NCBI GenBank assembly: GCA_963740355.1
Contig: CAVUDW010000003.1
Span: forward strand, 352,001 to 416,000
DNA: 64,000 bases
Direction of reading: 5' to 3'
DNA from: an uncultured Gemmatimonadaceae bacterium
Lineage (GTDB): Bacteria; Gemmatimonadota; Gemmatimonadetes; Gemmatimonadales; Gemmatimonadaceae
Positions 36,928-49,578 of this stretch are shown here, piece by piece (position 1 is the first letter of the stretch; each line of letters opens with the position of its first letter). A program made the position numbers and the translations under genes. The notes below the pieces were generated by a model. That model was not told the DNA's origin and made no database searches. It worked only from the letters and a program-made list of their open reading frames with translations.

Positions 36928-38166
36928 ATGCACTCTCGCCCGCTCACGTTGTCTCGCTCGCTGTCCTTGCTCGCGACTGCGGCGGCCCTGCTCGCGTCGT
37001 GTGCCGGTCCGGTCGGCGGAAGATCGGGTGCTGTGACCGCGCTCGCTCCCCTGCGCAGCGTCGAGCCAGGCGGCGACCGTCGCGATCTCGAACCGCTTGG
37101 CACACTCGTCGGCAATGCGCGCGTCGTCGCCCTCGGCGAACCAGCTCATGGCGTCCACGAGCCGCTCGCGCTTCGCAACCGCGTCTTCGAGTATCTGGTC
37201 ACTGACCTTGGGTTTACCGCAATTGCACTCGAAGCGCCGTTTCCGGAAATGCGGCGCGTCAGCGAGTATGTCGCCGGCGGTCCGGGCACAGCCGAGTCGG
37301 TGCTGGCGGAGAGTCGCGGGTGGGGCGCGCAGCCGCTGGAGGAGAACCTGCAGCTGCTGCGTTGGATGCGAGCCTGGAACACGACACCGGGCCGCAAGCG
37401 CGCGATCAGGTTGTATGCAATCGACTTGAGTTACACCGGCCCGTTCGGGACGCACCCGACGCCGGCCGCGCTCGAAATGGCGCTCGCCTACGTGCGCCAC
37501 GTCGACACCGCGTCCGCGCGCGTGCTCGATCCCACGTTCGAACCGTGGCTTCGCCGATTGTCGAACCCGATGTTGCCGGTCAGTCGGTCGGAGCACGACG
37601 TGATGACGGCCGCCGTGGACGATCTTGTAGCGCTGCTCGAGCGTCAACGCGTGACGTACGTTGCCGCGGGATCAGCCGCTGAGTACGAGTGGGCGCACCG
37701 GGCGGCGATCGTCGCGCAACAGGCAGACCGCATGTTTCGCGTGGCGCCCGATGCACCGCCAGAAGGGCCGATTCCCCGCGATGCGTGGCGAGCGATCAAT
37801 GCGCGGGATGCCGCGATGGCGGAGAATGTGATGTGGGCATTGCGGCAGGAAGAGCCGGATGGGCGCGTGCTCGTCATCGCGCACAACGTGCACGTGCAAG
37901 GTGCACCGAACACCGCGGGACCATGGTCCGCCCTCGAACGTCTGCCGACGTCGATGGGGGAGCAGCTGCGTCTCTCGCTCGGCCCCCGTCTGGTCAGCAT
38001 CGCGAGCAGCGATGCGGCGTCTTCGGAAGCGCTTGGTGTCACCGCAGTCCAGCGCACGCGGCCGCGACCGTTCCTGGTGGACCTTCGATCGAAGTGGGCT
38101 GGCTTTGATGGGGTGGTGGTGATGGACTCGCTCACCGCGGCAAAGCCTGTGCGCAAGGGAAACTGA
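36928..38166 (+). CDS. Erythromycin esterase (EreA/B-like) family lipoprotein
   Basis: Lipobox LASC; VVALGEPAHG, GFTAIALE, RDAAMAENV, AHNVHV. Confidence 0.88.
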   Translation: MHSRPLTLSRSLSLLATAAALLASCAGPVGGRSGAVTALAPLRSVEPGGDRRDLEPLGTLVGNARVVALGEPAHGVHEPLALRNRVFEYLVTDLGFTAIALEAPFPEMRRVSEYVAGGPGTAESVLAESRGWGAQPLEENLQLLRWMRAWNTTPGRKRAIRLYAIDLSYTGPFGTHPTPAALEMALAYVRHVDTASARVLDPTFEPWLRRLSNPMLPVSRSEHDVMTAAVDDLVALLERQRVTYVAAGSAAEYEWAHRAAIVAQQADRMFRVAPDAPPEGPIPRDAWRAINARDAAMAENVMWALRQEEPDGRVLVIAHNVHVQGAPNTAGPWSALERLPTSMGEQLRLSLGPRLVSIASSDAASSEALGVTAVQRTRPRPFLVDLRSKWAGFDGVVVMDSLTAAKPVRKGN

Positions 38167-38224
38167 GCGGCATGGCGGTGCGCATGCCGCCGGAGCGCGC
38201 ATCGTCCTGCTCGACGGCACCCCC

Positions 38225-38701
38225 TCAGTCGCGCACCTGGACAATGAGATCCATCTCGATGCACGCACCAAATGGTGCCTGCGCCACGCCAATCGCACTG
38301 CGGGAGTGTGCGCCCCGCGCACCGAACACGTCGACGAAGAGCTCCGACGCGCCGTTCGCGACCACCTGCGGGTCGGTGAAGTCCAGCGTGCAGTTGACCA
38401 TGGCGAACAGCCGCACGATCCGCTCCACCTTGTCGAGATCTCCCACGGCCTCCTTCACGACGGCCAGCAGCTCGATCGCGATCCCGCGGGCCGCCTCCTT
38501 CCCCTCAGTCATGCTGATGCCGTCACCAAGCTTCCCCACCAACACCGCGCCGTCGCGCTTGGCGAGCCGACCTGACAGGTAGAGCAAGCCATCAGCGCGC
38601 ACCCACGGCACGAATGACGGTGTGTAGCCCGCGACCACAGGAGGCGCGATATCAGGCAACTCGATCTGTAGTGCACTGAGTCGGTCAGCAATGGTCGTCA
38701 C
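38225..38701 (-). CDS. RidA/YjgF family protein
   Basis: LYLSG, FTDPQVVANGASELFVDVFGARGAHSRSAIGV. Confidence 0.92.
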   Translation of the reverse strand: MTTIADRLSALQIELPDIAPPVVAGYTPSFVPWVRADGLLYLSGRLAKRDGAVLVGKLGDGISMTEGKEAARGIAIELLAVVKEAVGDLDKVERIVRLFAMVNCTLDFTDPQVVANGASELFVDVFGARGAHSRSAIGVAQAPFGACIEMDLIVQVRD

Positions 38702-38755
38702 GGTATGCTCCAGTTGATGTTGCGTCGCGGACAGCAGCGCGGGGCGCCAGCGGAG

Positions 38756-39919
38756 TCACGAAAAGCTCCGCACGACGTCGACAAGCTGCTCGATGTGATC
38801 TTCGGTGTTGAACAGATGCGGCGACACGCGAATTCGGCCCGAGCGGAGGCTTACGACCACCCCCTGCTCGCGGAGAATACGATGGAGCGACGCCGTGCGC
38901 TCCGTCGTCTCCGCCACGAAGCATCCATAGGGCCCGCGCTGCTGCGCATCCAGCGGGCTGGCTGGCGTGCATGACTTCGGAAGTTCCGCGAAGAGGGTGT
39001 CAATCAGTACCCGGTTGTGCACGAACACACTCTCCGCACCCACCTGGCACACGAAGCTCGCCGACGCGTCGAAGGCCGTAAGATTCAGGTTGAAATAGCT
39101 CGCAGTCTCGGCTGCGTCGAACCGCCTCGCGGCGTGGGTCGGCGTCGGGTTCACCATGTTCAACGCCCCAAAACTCCCGATATCCTGGCCAGTCCAATAG
39201 AACGGCCCTGGGCGGAGTCGATCGAGTTGCTCGCGCCGCGCCCACATGAATCCAGTTCCGTACGGACTCAGCAGCCACTTGTAGCCAGCACAGACCACGA
39301 CGTCGGCGCCAAGCGCCTGGACGTCCAACGGGATCGCACCACACGACTGTGTGATATCGAGTACGAAGACGATGCCATGCGCTCGGCACGCCTCAGCGAC
39401 TCGAGCGGCATCAAGGCGCGACGCATCGTCGAATCGCACATGACTGATAGAGATCACCCGCGTCCTCGGCGTGATTGCCGAGACGATGTCATCAGCCGTG
39501 ATGATCGGCCCCGCCGGCGAGACAATCGTCAGCTTGATGCCCTCTCGCTGCTCCAGCGGCTTCCATGTGGCGTACTGCAACGGGAACTCACCCGCAGCCG
39601 TGATCACCTCATCACCACGCCGCCACTCCAGGCCATGCACCACATTCAGCAAGCCGGCGCTGGCCCCGGTGTTGAGCGATATCTCGTCCGCCGGTGCACC
39701 GATCAACTGGCCGAGGGACTGCCGCAACCGATTCGAGGGCGTGAAGTATTCGGCGTCGGGCGATAGGTGCGGACTCCGCTTCACCGTGAGCGCTTTCTGC
39801 ACCGCGTCGTACGACGTCGTCGGTAGCGCTCCCTGCGCGGCCGTGTTCAGGTAGACGGCATCGTCGATCGGCGCCCAGTGATCGCGCCACGCAGTGTGGA
39901 CGGACAGGTTGGCGCTCAT
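38756..39919 (-). CDS. Class V PLP-dependent aminotransferase (cysteine desulfurase-like)
   Basis: YLNTAAQG, LDITQSCG, AGYKWLLSPYGTGF, RVSPHLFNT. Confidence 0.92.
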   Translation of the reverse strand: MSANLSVHTAWRDHWAPIDDAVYLNTAAQGALPTTSYDAVQKALTVKRSPHLSPDAEYFTPSNRLRQSLGQLIGAPADEISLNTGASAGLLNVVHGLEWRRGDEVITAAGEFPLQYATWKPLEQREGIKLTIVSPAGPIITADDIVSAITPRTRVISISHVRFDDASRLDAARVAEACRAHGIVFVLDITQSCGAIPLDVQALGADVVVCAGYKWLLSPYGTGFMWARREQLDRLRPGPFYWTGQDIGSFGALNMVNPTPTHAARRFDAAETASYFNLNLTAFDASASFVCQVGAESVFVHNRVLIDTLFAELPKSCTPASPLDAQQRGPYGCFVAETTERTASLHRILREQGVVVSLRSGRIRVSPHLFNTEDHIEQLVDVVRSFS

Positions 39920-40788
39920 AGCGTCGCCCCACGGCGCGCGCTCGCATCGTCACCTACAGGCGGTACCACATCAGTCAGGCGCGCGGCCAGAAACGCCAGC
40001 ACCTCGTCGCGTGCCGCGATCGTTGGTGAGCCAGCGGTATCAGTCAGGTGCACCGTGAGGACACTGTGCGGGAAATTGACGTGCTCAGCGAAGAACGGAG
40101 GTGCGTCATCAAGGTTCGCGGCCTCGTCCGGGAGGACGCGAGCGACGAAGCAATCGCCAAGCGCCGCCGCGTAGGCATCGAACCGCGCGGCGGTGCAGAC
40201 GCGATCACCACTGAAGCGAAGTCCCAGCACGGAAAGCTGCTCGCGCTCGCAGCGCGCCTTCACCGCGGCCAGATCACTCGGCGAAATCTCGAGGCCAGAT
40301 GGGATGTCGAACGGCAGGCTCGGCTGTGACAGCACGGGAGCCAGCATCGCAGGCTCGAGCATCATGCTGAGGGCGAAGTTGCCCGTGAAACACATCCCCA
40401 CCGCGCCGACTCCTCGTCCGCCACATTGCGCATGCGCCTGCCGCGCTAGCGCTCGCAGCCAGCTGCAGATGGGGCTTGTTGCGCCCGCGCCAAGGGCGCG
40501 GAACTCCGCACTGACGCACGCGCGCTTGAAGACGTTGCGTCCCTCTTCCGCGCTCACGTCGGCGCCATCGACGCCGAAGAGCGACGGCACGTACACCGTG
40601 AACCCGGCGTCCCGGACCCAGCGCGCAAAGCGCAGCAGCTGTGGGCTGATGCCGGGCATTTCGTGCAGCACGATGACGGCGGGACCGACACCGGCGACGA
40701 ACACGGTGCGCGTCACTCCATCGAGGAGCACGCGACGATTCACAAAATCAGCGAAACTGGCGACTGGCGCGGAGTCGAAGGATGTCAT
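39916..40788 (-). CDS. Dienelactone hydrolase family protein
   Basis: VIVLHEMPG, nucleophile elbow GMCFTG, HSVLT. Confidence 0.9.
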   Translation of the reverse strand: MTSFDSAPVASFADFVNRRVLLDGVTRTVFVAGVGPAVIVLHEMPGISPQLLRFARWVRDAGFTVYVPSLFGVDGADVSAEEGRNVFKRACVSAEFRALGAGATSPICSWLRALARQAHAQCGGRGVGAVGMCFTGNFALSMMLEPAMLAPVLSQPSLPFDIPSGLEISPSDLAAVKARCEREQLSVLGLRFSGDRVCTAARFDAYAAALGDCFVARVLPDEAANLDDAPPFFAEHVNFPHSVLTVHLTDTAGSPTIAARDEVLAFLAARLTDVVPPVGDDASARRGATL

Positions 40789-40927
40789 GGAACGCAACGT
40801 CGCGCTCAGCGCCGAACAGTACAAGCGTCATAATTACCACCTATCGGGGCTTTTCCGCCATATGCCATTCAGGCAATCGCCAACCCACCGTCGCGCGTAA
40901 AAGTCGCTCTGTGACGCGAGGTACGCT

Positions 40928-41449
40928 CTACCGCTGCAACACGCGCAAGTACGCGCACCACGGACCGACGGCGTCCCGATACTGCGACGCCATGACGCGC
41001 GCGATCTGCGCGAGATGCGACAGGTCGTGCGTCGCCCACGTCGCGAGCAACTGACGCAGCAGAACAGTCCCGAACGCCGGGTGCACCGCGGTGCGGTCCA
41101 GCTCCGCGTCGGACAGCGCCCATCCTGACAGCTCAGCGAGACACGCGGCTCGCGTCTCCTCGAACTCCGTCAGCAGTTCGAGGAGACCGCGTCCTGCCGT
41201 GACATCGAGCCCCGCGCCAGGATCGAACACTGGCAGCGCCCGTGCGCCGTCCGCGAGGAAGATTCGTGCGCGGGGGACCCAGTTAGTCCGATCGGTGACG
41301 ATGAGATGTGCGACGACCTGCGTCGGGCTCCACGTGCCGGGGCCCTCAGATGCTTCCGTCCAGGTGGTTGGAAGGTCTGCGAGCAGCGAGCGCAGCACAT
41401 GTGGCGTGCGCGACAACACTGCGACTGCATCGGGAAGTGCGAAAGTCAT
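40928..41449 (-). CDS. DinB family protein
   Basis: WSPTQVVAHL, HPAFG..LRQLLATWATHDLSHLAQI. Confidence 0.9.
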   Translation of the reverse strand: MTFALPDAVAVLSRTPHVLRSLLADLPTTWTEASEGPGTWSPTQVVAHLIVTDRTNWVPRARIFLADGARALPVFDPGAGLDVTAGRGLLELLTEFEETRAACLAELSGWALSDAELDRTAVHPAFGTVLLRQLLATWATHDLSHLAQIARVMASQYRDAVGPWCAYLRVLQR

Positions 41450-41625
41450 GGCGATTGGCGCGAATGCGTCAGGAATGAAGGTCTGCATCGGCACGCGACT
41501 GAAGTGTGCGTTGTGCGCCCGAACCTATGCGTCATCTCTCGCGCGCGCACCTGCCGCACCGTGGCGAGAAATCCCCGAAAGGTGTCGCTTTTGCACCTCG
41601 ACTTCTGCGCCTCCGGTACTCATCA

Positions 41626-42600
41626 TCAGGTTGGTCTCAAGTCACGCGGTCTCGCTCCCGCATCCTTCTTCAAGAGGCGGCGAAGTGTGGTCGGCTCGGC
41701 ATAACCAACCCGATGTGCGATCGCTTCCACCGAGAGCGCCGTGGTCTCCAGCAATTCGATGGCACGCTCGACGCGCAGGCGTCGCAGAAACTGCACCGGT
41801 GACAGGCCCGTTGCCCGCTCGACACGGCGCGCAAAGGTCCGAGGGGCAAGGTTTGCCGCTGCGGCAAGCGCTTCCACCGTGACGCCCCGCTCCAACTCGG
41901 TCCGCGCCCAGCGTTCCGCGCGAGCGATGTCCGGGTCCTGCCCTGCCAACTGCCCCATCGCCATGTACCGCGCCTGGCTTCGACGTCCGTCCAGCAGCAG
42001 GAACCGTGCGCACCGCGATGCCATGTCGGCTCCGCAATACCGGTCAACGATCGACAGCATCAGATCGAGGTGCGCCAATGCGGCCCCCGCCGTGCTGAAG
42101 CGCCCGTCGGTCACCACCATCTCATCCGGTGCGAGGTCAATGCTGGGGAACATGCGGCGGAAGGCAGGGGCAAGCCACCACGTGGTTGTTGCGCGTCGCC
42201 CGTCCAGGAGCCCAGCGCGCGCAACGTGGAAGACCGCAGAGCACGAGGCGGCGATGTGTACGCCCTTCTCTGCCGCCGTCTGCAATTCACGGCGCATACG
42301 CACGGCATCGCTGCGCATCAGGCGCGCGGAAACGGCTTCCTCCGTCACCGTGAGTAAGCTCGGGATGATCAGCATGTCGGCGCGCTCGTCCGTGGGCGCA
42401 GGTAGCACCGGAAACACCGCGTGCAGGAACGCGCGCGTCGTGCGCGCGGCGGGGCCACGTACACGCAGGGTGAAGGCTGGAGGCCGGCCTCGCGCGAGTC
42501 GCAGCCGATTGGCAGTCGCGAGAACGTCGGCGGTGATGGCGATGCTCGAAGGCATGGCGCCGGCGAGGGCGTACAAGTCGATCGTCCGCATCGCGATCAT
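41626..42600 (-). CDS. GlxA-family AraC regulator (DJ-1/PfpI + HTH)
   Basis: AASCSA, GLLDGRRATTTWW, RTFARR..TGLSP, IAHRVGY. Confidence 0.92.
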   Translation of the reverse strand: MIAMRTIDLYALAGAMPSSIAITADVLATANRLRLARGRPPAFTLRVRGPAARTTRAFLHAVFPVLPAPTDERADMLIIPSLLTVTEEAVSARLMRSDAVRMRRELQTAAEKGVHIAASCSAVFHVARAGLLDGRRATTTWWLAPAFRRMFPSIDLAPDEMVVTDGRFSTAGAALAHLDLMLSIVDRYCGADMASRCARFLLLDGRRSQARYMAMGQLAGQDPDIARAERWARTELERGVTVEALAAAANLAPRTFARRVERATGLSPVQFLRRLRVERAIELLETTALSVEAIAHRVGYAEPTTLRRLLKKDAGARPRDLRPT

Positions 42601-42687
42601 TTCCGGAAGTGGCAGGAGTATAGTGAACGCTGAACTGTGTCACGCGAGCGACTTTCGCGCCATTGCCACCACTTCTTCGCCCTCATC

Positions 42688-43197
42688 ATGTTCCACGATC
42701 CCGTCGAGTTGTTGAAATACATCGATCGCATGCACGAGCGGACTCGCCGCCTGATTGCGCTCATTCATCCCGACGACGTCGAGTGGGCACCGGTAGACCA
42801 CTGGTTCACGATAGGCGCGCTCGCCCGGCACCTCGCTGGCATGCAGCGATGGATGTGGGCGGAGACTGTCGTGGGACGTCAAAGCCGCTATCCGGGACAT
42901 GGCATCGAGCTCGCGAACGGCCTCGAGGCAGTGACGAACTATCTGGATCGGTTGCATGGGGAGTCCCGGGCAATCTTTGCTCGCCTCACGGCCGCAGATC
43001 TGGATGCGCCTGTGGCGACGCCGAGCGGTGCGACGCTTCCGTGTTGGAAGTGGCTGCGATCCATGACCGAACATGAAGCGCATCATCGCGGCCAGTTGTA
43101 CTTGATGCTGGCCATGCGCGGTGTTTCGACGCCGCCGATCTTTGGCCTGACCGCCGAAGAGGTCCAGGCGCGCTCACTCCCACCTGTAGACGTATGA
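42688..43197 (+). CDS. DinB family protein
   Basis: FTIGALARHLA, WKWLRSMTEHEAHHRGQ. Confidence 0.9.
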   Translation: MFHDPVELLKYIDRMHERTRRLIALIHPDDVEWAPVDHWFTIGALARHLAGMQRWMWAETVVGRQSRYPGHGIELANGLEAVTNYLDRLHGESRAIFARLTAADLDAPVATPSGATLPCWKWLRSMTEHEAHHRGQLYLMLAMRGVSTPPIFGLTAEEVQARSLPPVDV

Positions 43198-43697
43198 GCA
43201 CCCTCGCCGCATTGACGCTACCCGAGTTGCTTGCCTACACCACCGTCGAGACGCGCGCCTGGCGCGAGTGGTTGGCGGGTCAGCCTCCCGAGATTCTCGA
43301 CCTGACCGCAGGAATCAGACGCACTGCGACAGTCCGACAGCTGATTCACCATATCGTGGTGGTGGAACGTCGCTATGCGGATCGCCTGCGCGGCATGCCA
43401 GTCACGGACTACGACGCCGTCCGCGCGGATACGCTCGACGAACTGTTCGATGCCTTCGAGGAGGCACGCCGGTCGCTTGCAAACTGGGTGGATCGTGCGA
43501 CCGAGGAGGACTTCAGCCGGACCCTGCGCTTCACGACCCTGACTGCGGGCGCACTCGAAGCGAGTGCCCGGAAGATCGTGATTCACACCGTGTTGCATGG
43601 CGTGCGGCACTGGGCGCAGCTGGCGACGCTCGTTCGCCAGCACGGGTATCCGACGGAGTGGCAGCACGACATCCTGATGAGCGACGTACTGCGTTGA
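43194..43697 (+). CDS. DinB family protein
   Basis: ATGA overlap; LIHHIVVVERRY, HTVLHGVRHWAQ. Confidence 0.88.
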   Translation: MSTLAALTLPELLAYTTVETRAWREWLAGQPPEILDLTAGIRRTATVRQLIHHIVVVERRYADRLRGMPVTDYDAVRADTLDELFDAFEEARRSLANWVDRATEEDFSRTLRFTTLTAGALEASARKIVIHTVLHGVRHWAQLATLVRQHGYPTEWQHDILMSDVLR

Positions 43698-43737
43698 CGC
43701 CGAGCACTGAGACACAGGTCCTTCACCAACACTGCAG

Positions 43738-44154
43738 ATGAGCATCAACAACAGTCGCATCGAGCAACTTCCGGTCGAGTTCTTCAACCGTGTCTGGGCA
43801 CCACCGCATGATCTCGACGCCATCGACGAGCTGATGACGGAGGACTACACCATCACGACTGGCGGACAGGTCATTCGTGGGCGAGTTGCATTCAAGGCCT
43901 GGGTCGCTGAATTCCAGGGCAGGATTCTCGACGCGACGAACGAGACGCTGGAGGTGTTCGCGTCAGCGTCGGGCGATCGTGTCGTCTCGCGCTGGGTCTG
44001 TCGCGGTACGAATGGTGGCCTCTTTGGCCTTCCGGCCGACGGCCGTCCAGTGGAATTCACTGGCATCGCCATCTGGCGGGTGGAGCACGAACGGCTTGCT
44101 GAATGCTGGGTGGAGCGCGCCGCGTTCGAGGCGTATCGACAGCTCTCGGCGTAG
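43738..44154 (+). CDS. SnoaL-like ester cyclase family protein
   Basis: DLDAIDELM, GDRVVSRW..GTNGG..GRPVEFTGIAIW. Confidence 0.9.
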   Translation: MSINNSRIEQLPVEFFNRVWAPPHDLDAIDELMTEDYTITTGGQVIRGRVAFKAWVAEFQGRILDATNETLEVFASASGDRVVSRWVCRGTNGGLFGLPADGRPVEFTGIAIWRVEHERLAECWVERAAFEAYRQLSA

Positions 44155-44171
44155 CGGGACGACCAAGCTGG

Positions 44172-44378
44172 ATCAGATTCGCTAGCGCGGTTGCCGGTTT
44201 CGGCATGTTGCTGCGCGACAGCCCGACTCGCGGTGCGATCACGTGGAGCGATGTGCGAGGGCTGGCTCGGCAGGGAATCGGGAGAGATCGCGATGGTGAT
44301 CGGGCCGGCCTGCTGACGATGATCGATCTCGCGAAGCGTGCGGTACCGGCGACGGCGAGGGCTCGAGGGGAGCGGTGA
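44172..44378 (+). pseudogene. C-terminal remnant of a YfbK/DUF3520-type VWA protein
   Basis: IRFASAVAGFGMLLRDS..G..TWSDVRGLARQGIG.D.DG.RA..MIDLA* with no start and no upstream domains. Confidence 0.7.
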
Positions 44379-44583
44379 GATAGCCGGCGACGGTGCCTAC
44401 GACACACGGGCCTCCCTGGCCAGCGCACCGCGTTGCGCCAACGCGCCCGCTCTGGCGCAAACCTGCTCCGTCCGCACACTTTCGTCCGATGCCCCACATC
44501 CCGCCCATCCGTCCGGTGGTGCAGCAGACCACCGCGCAGGCGTTGCCGAGCCGGTGACGGTGCGTCGCGGCGCTGCTGCCGAG

Positions 44584-47607
<3,024 letters not shown>

Positions 47608-47803
47608 CACAGACGCAGTCACAGGCGCAGGCACAGGCACAGACAACGTTCGGCGCGAGAGCATGCATGCGGGTTGCCACGGGTTCGACGCCTATCTCGA
47701 TGCGTCTGCAGCGTTCGGCGGAAACGTGTTCGCGCAGTCGCTGGACGAACGAGGCAGCCAGCGCAGAGCGCACTGGCTGCCTCGTTCGCATCCCGTGATA
47801 TGG

Positions 47804-49084
47804 TCAGCGCAGCGCGAGCTGGGCTGCCGACTCGGGGATCGCCGTGCCGTACCGGGCATTGATGGCCCGCGCTGCGGCGGCGGCGAGGATCGCATGCCCG
47901 GCGGCATTCGGATGGATTCCGTCCAGACTGACGGCATAGCCGTACGGGGTAGCCGTCGTCATCAGCGCGACCGTGCTGTAGGTCGGCTTGAGGTCAACGC
48001 GGCCAAAGAGCTCGTTCAGCGCCATGTACGCGAAGCCGTGCTTCTCGGCGGTCGCACTGATGTGTGCGTTCATGGCGGCCAGCTGTGTATTCACGATCGC
48101 GGCTTCGTCCGGCGTCAACACGAAATCCTGTGTCGTGGCGTTGCCACCGGCGCAGGAGAACTTGAACGTGCCAAGGCCGTTCCGGCGGTAGAACAACCCA
48201 GTGCCCACCGCCGTCGGAATCCGCACCGGCACGAAGATCAGGTTGGTGCTGGCATCGCAGTTCGGCAGGACCTCGATGTTGAACGCGGCCAGCATCGCGA
48301 CGCGGTCCGCCCAGATCTCCTGTCCGCGACGAAAGCTCGGGAAGTCACCGACGTTGTTCACCAGCCCGACCAGGATCCCACGCTTCACCTCCGCCGCGAC
48401 GGTATCGGTGAGCGCGGTGTACTGCGGCATCCACGTCGCGAGCGGTACGATCGTGGCGCCCGGGATCGCGATACCTGAACGGGAGTTGAGCACTTCATTG
48501 CCGCCGAACTCCACCGAGATGAATTTCGGCTTCTGGCGCAGTGCCGCCTGCAGCTGTGTGGTCTGCGACGGCAGGATATTCGGGTAGAGCAACCGGTAGG
48601 AAGCGTCAGTCTGCTTCGATTCCGGCGTTGCGGTGAGCGCGTCGTGCGTGCTCGCAGCAGCTATGGCCACATTCTGCGCGGGCAGTACCACACCCTCCTC
48701 CTGACCGGCACAGGAGGCATCGCCCGGGTTGATTGCCGCCGACTCGCCCGACAGGCGCACGCCATTGGCAAGCGGTGCGGCGAATGGCGAGCGGCAGCCA
48801 GGAAAGGCGATCAGCGGCAACGTCTGACTGCGACCGGCCAGCTCGGCCAGCTGCGCGGTCCAACTCTGTCGCTGGCCGGCGCCGGTTACGCCCTCGCTTT
48901 GCCAGCCCATCGAAATGCTGGTGCCCATCGAGACGAAGCGTTGGAACATGCCCAGTTCGTCGGGCGCTTCGCCGGTGAGGTTGGCGTGAACCTTCGGCGA
49001 TGTCGGATTGGTGACGTCCGAGCAGGCCGTGGCCACCAGAGCGAGCGCAGGGATGATGATACGGAAGCGGGTGCGGAACGACAT
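47804..49084 (-). CDS. SGNH/GDSL-like hydrolase lipoprotein
   Basis: RBS AGGAGG; lipobox ATAC; MGTSISMG (block I), GGNEV, DGIHP (block V). Confidence 0.82.
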   Translation of the reverse strand: MSFRTRFRIIIPALALVATACSDVTNPTSPKVHANLTGEAPDELGMFQRFVSMGTSISMGWQSEGVTGAGQRQSWTAQLAELAGRSQTLPLIAFPGCRSPFAAPLANGVRLSGESAAINPGDASCAGQEEGVVLPAQNVAIAAASTHDALTATPESKQTDASYRLLYPNILPSQTTQLQAALRQKPKFISVEFGGNEVLNSRSGIAIPGATIVPLATWMPQYTALTDTVAAEVKRGILVGLVNNVGDFPSFRRGQEIWADRVAMLAAFNIEVLPNCDASTNLIFVPVRIPTAVGTGLFYRRNGLGTFKFSCAGGNATTQDFVLTPDEAAIVNTQLAAMNAHISATAEKHGFAYMALNELFGRVDLKPTYSTVALMTTATPYGYAVSLDGIHPNAAGHAILAAAAARAINARYGTAIPESAAQLALR

Positions 49085-49174
49085 TGGCGAACCCTCCTGA
49101 GGGTGGTGAAACGGTGCGCGATTGGCCGCGCGCACCATCATCGGACTTCGCCAGAGGCCTTCCTATGAGACAGA

Positions 49175-49309
49175 TGACGTAGGAGTGCACCGGTCCTGAC
49201 GTAGGTCTTCCGCTCGCCTGCGCCACACCTGCGGGCGTCATGCAGAAGCAACGAACCCCTCACATCGACGCGGGCATACCTACGTCACCACCGCCCGGTG
49301 ACTACGTCA
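49175..49309. promoter_or_regulatory. Four-box array TGACGTAG(G): two direct and two inverted, each pair 22 bp apart
   Basis: TGACGTAGG at 49175 and 49197; CCTACGTCA at 49279; ACTACGTCA at 49301. Confidence 0.65.
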
Positions 49310-49355
49310 GGCGGCAGCGCAGGTGGAAGGCCGTCAACGGCGCGCGACAGAATGG

Positions 49356-49370
49356 GTGCACTGTCACCGG
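49356..49370 (-). repeat. Isolated REP-like 15-mer (inverted)
   Basis: Exact GTGCACTGTCACCGG upstream of arsR. Confidence 0.92.
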
Positions 49371-49497
49371 TTATCGGCGTCGACATGGCGACGGTGTCCC
49401 GCGTGGCGTCCTGCAGGGGTAGCGAGCGAGCCAGCGGGTACCTCACGGGGCGAAGGGCGATCACCGGCCGGACGACCACAGGTGGGCGCCGCCGGAA

Positions 49498-49547
49498 TTG
49501 ACATCTCATATTCGCTCAAGCAAGTTTCATCTGCCTAAACGCATATG
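49498..49547 (+). promoter_or_regulatory. Probable arsR promoter/operator
   Basis: TTGACA at 49498; imperfect inverted repeat CATCTGC-N6-GCATATG at 49528-49547. Confidence 0.55.
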
Positions 49548-49578
49548 ACAGTCCTCCCTTCCCTGACGCCCCGGCCCC

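Noticed and set aside
44551..44565. Additional copy of the REP-like repeat (CCGGTGACGGTGCGT)
   Set aside because: Three mismatches, the GTGCAC palindrome is lost, and there is no AT-rich flank; plausible by chance in GC-rich DNA.
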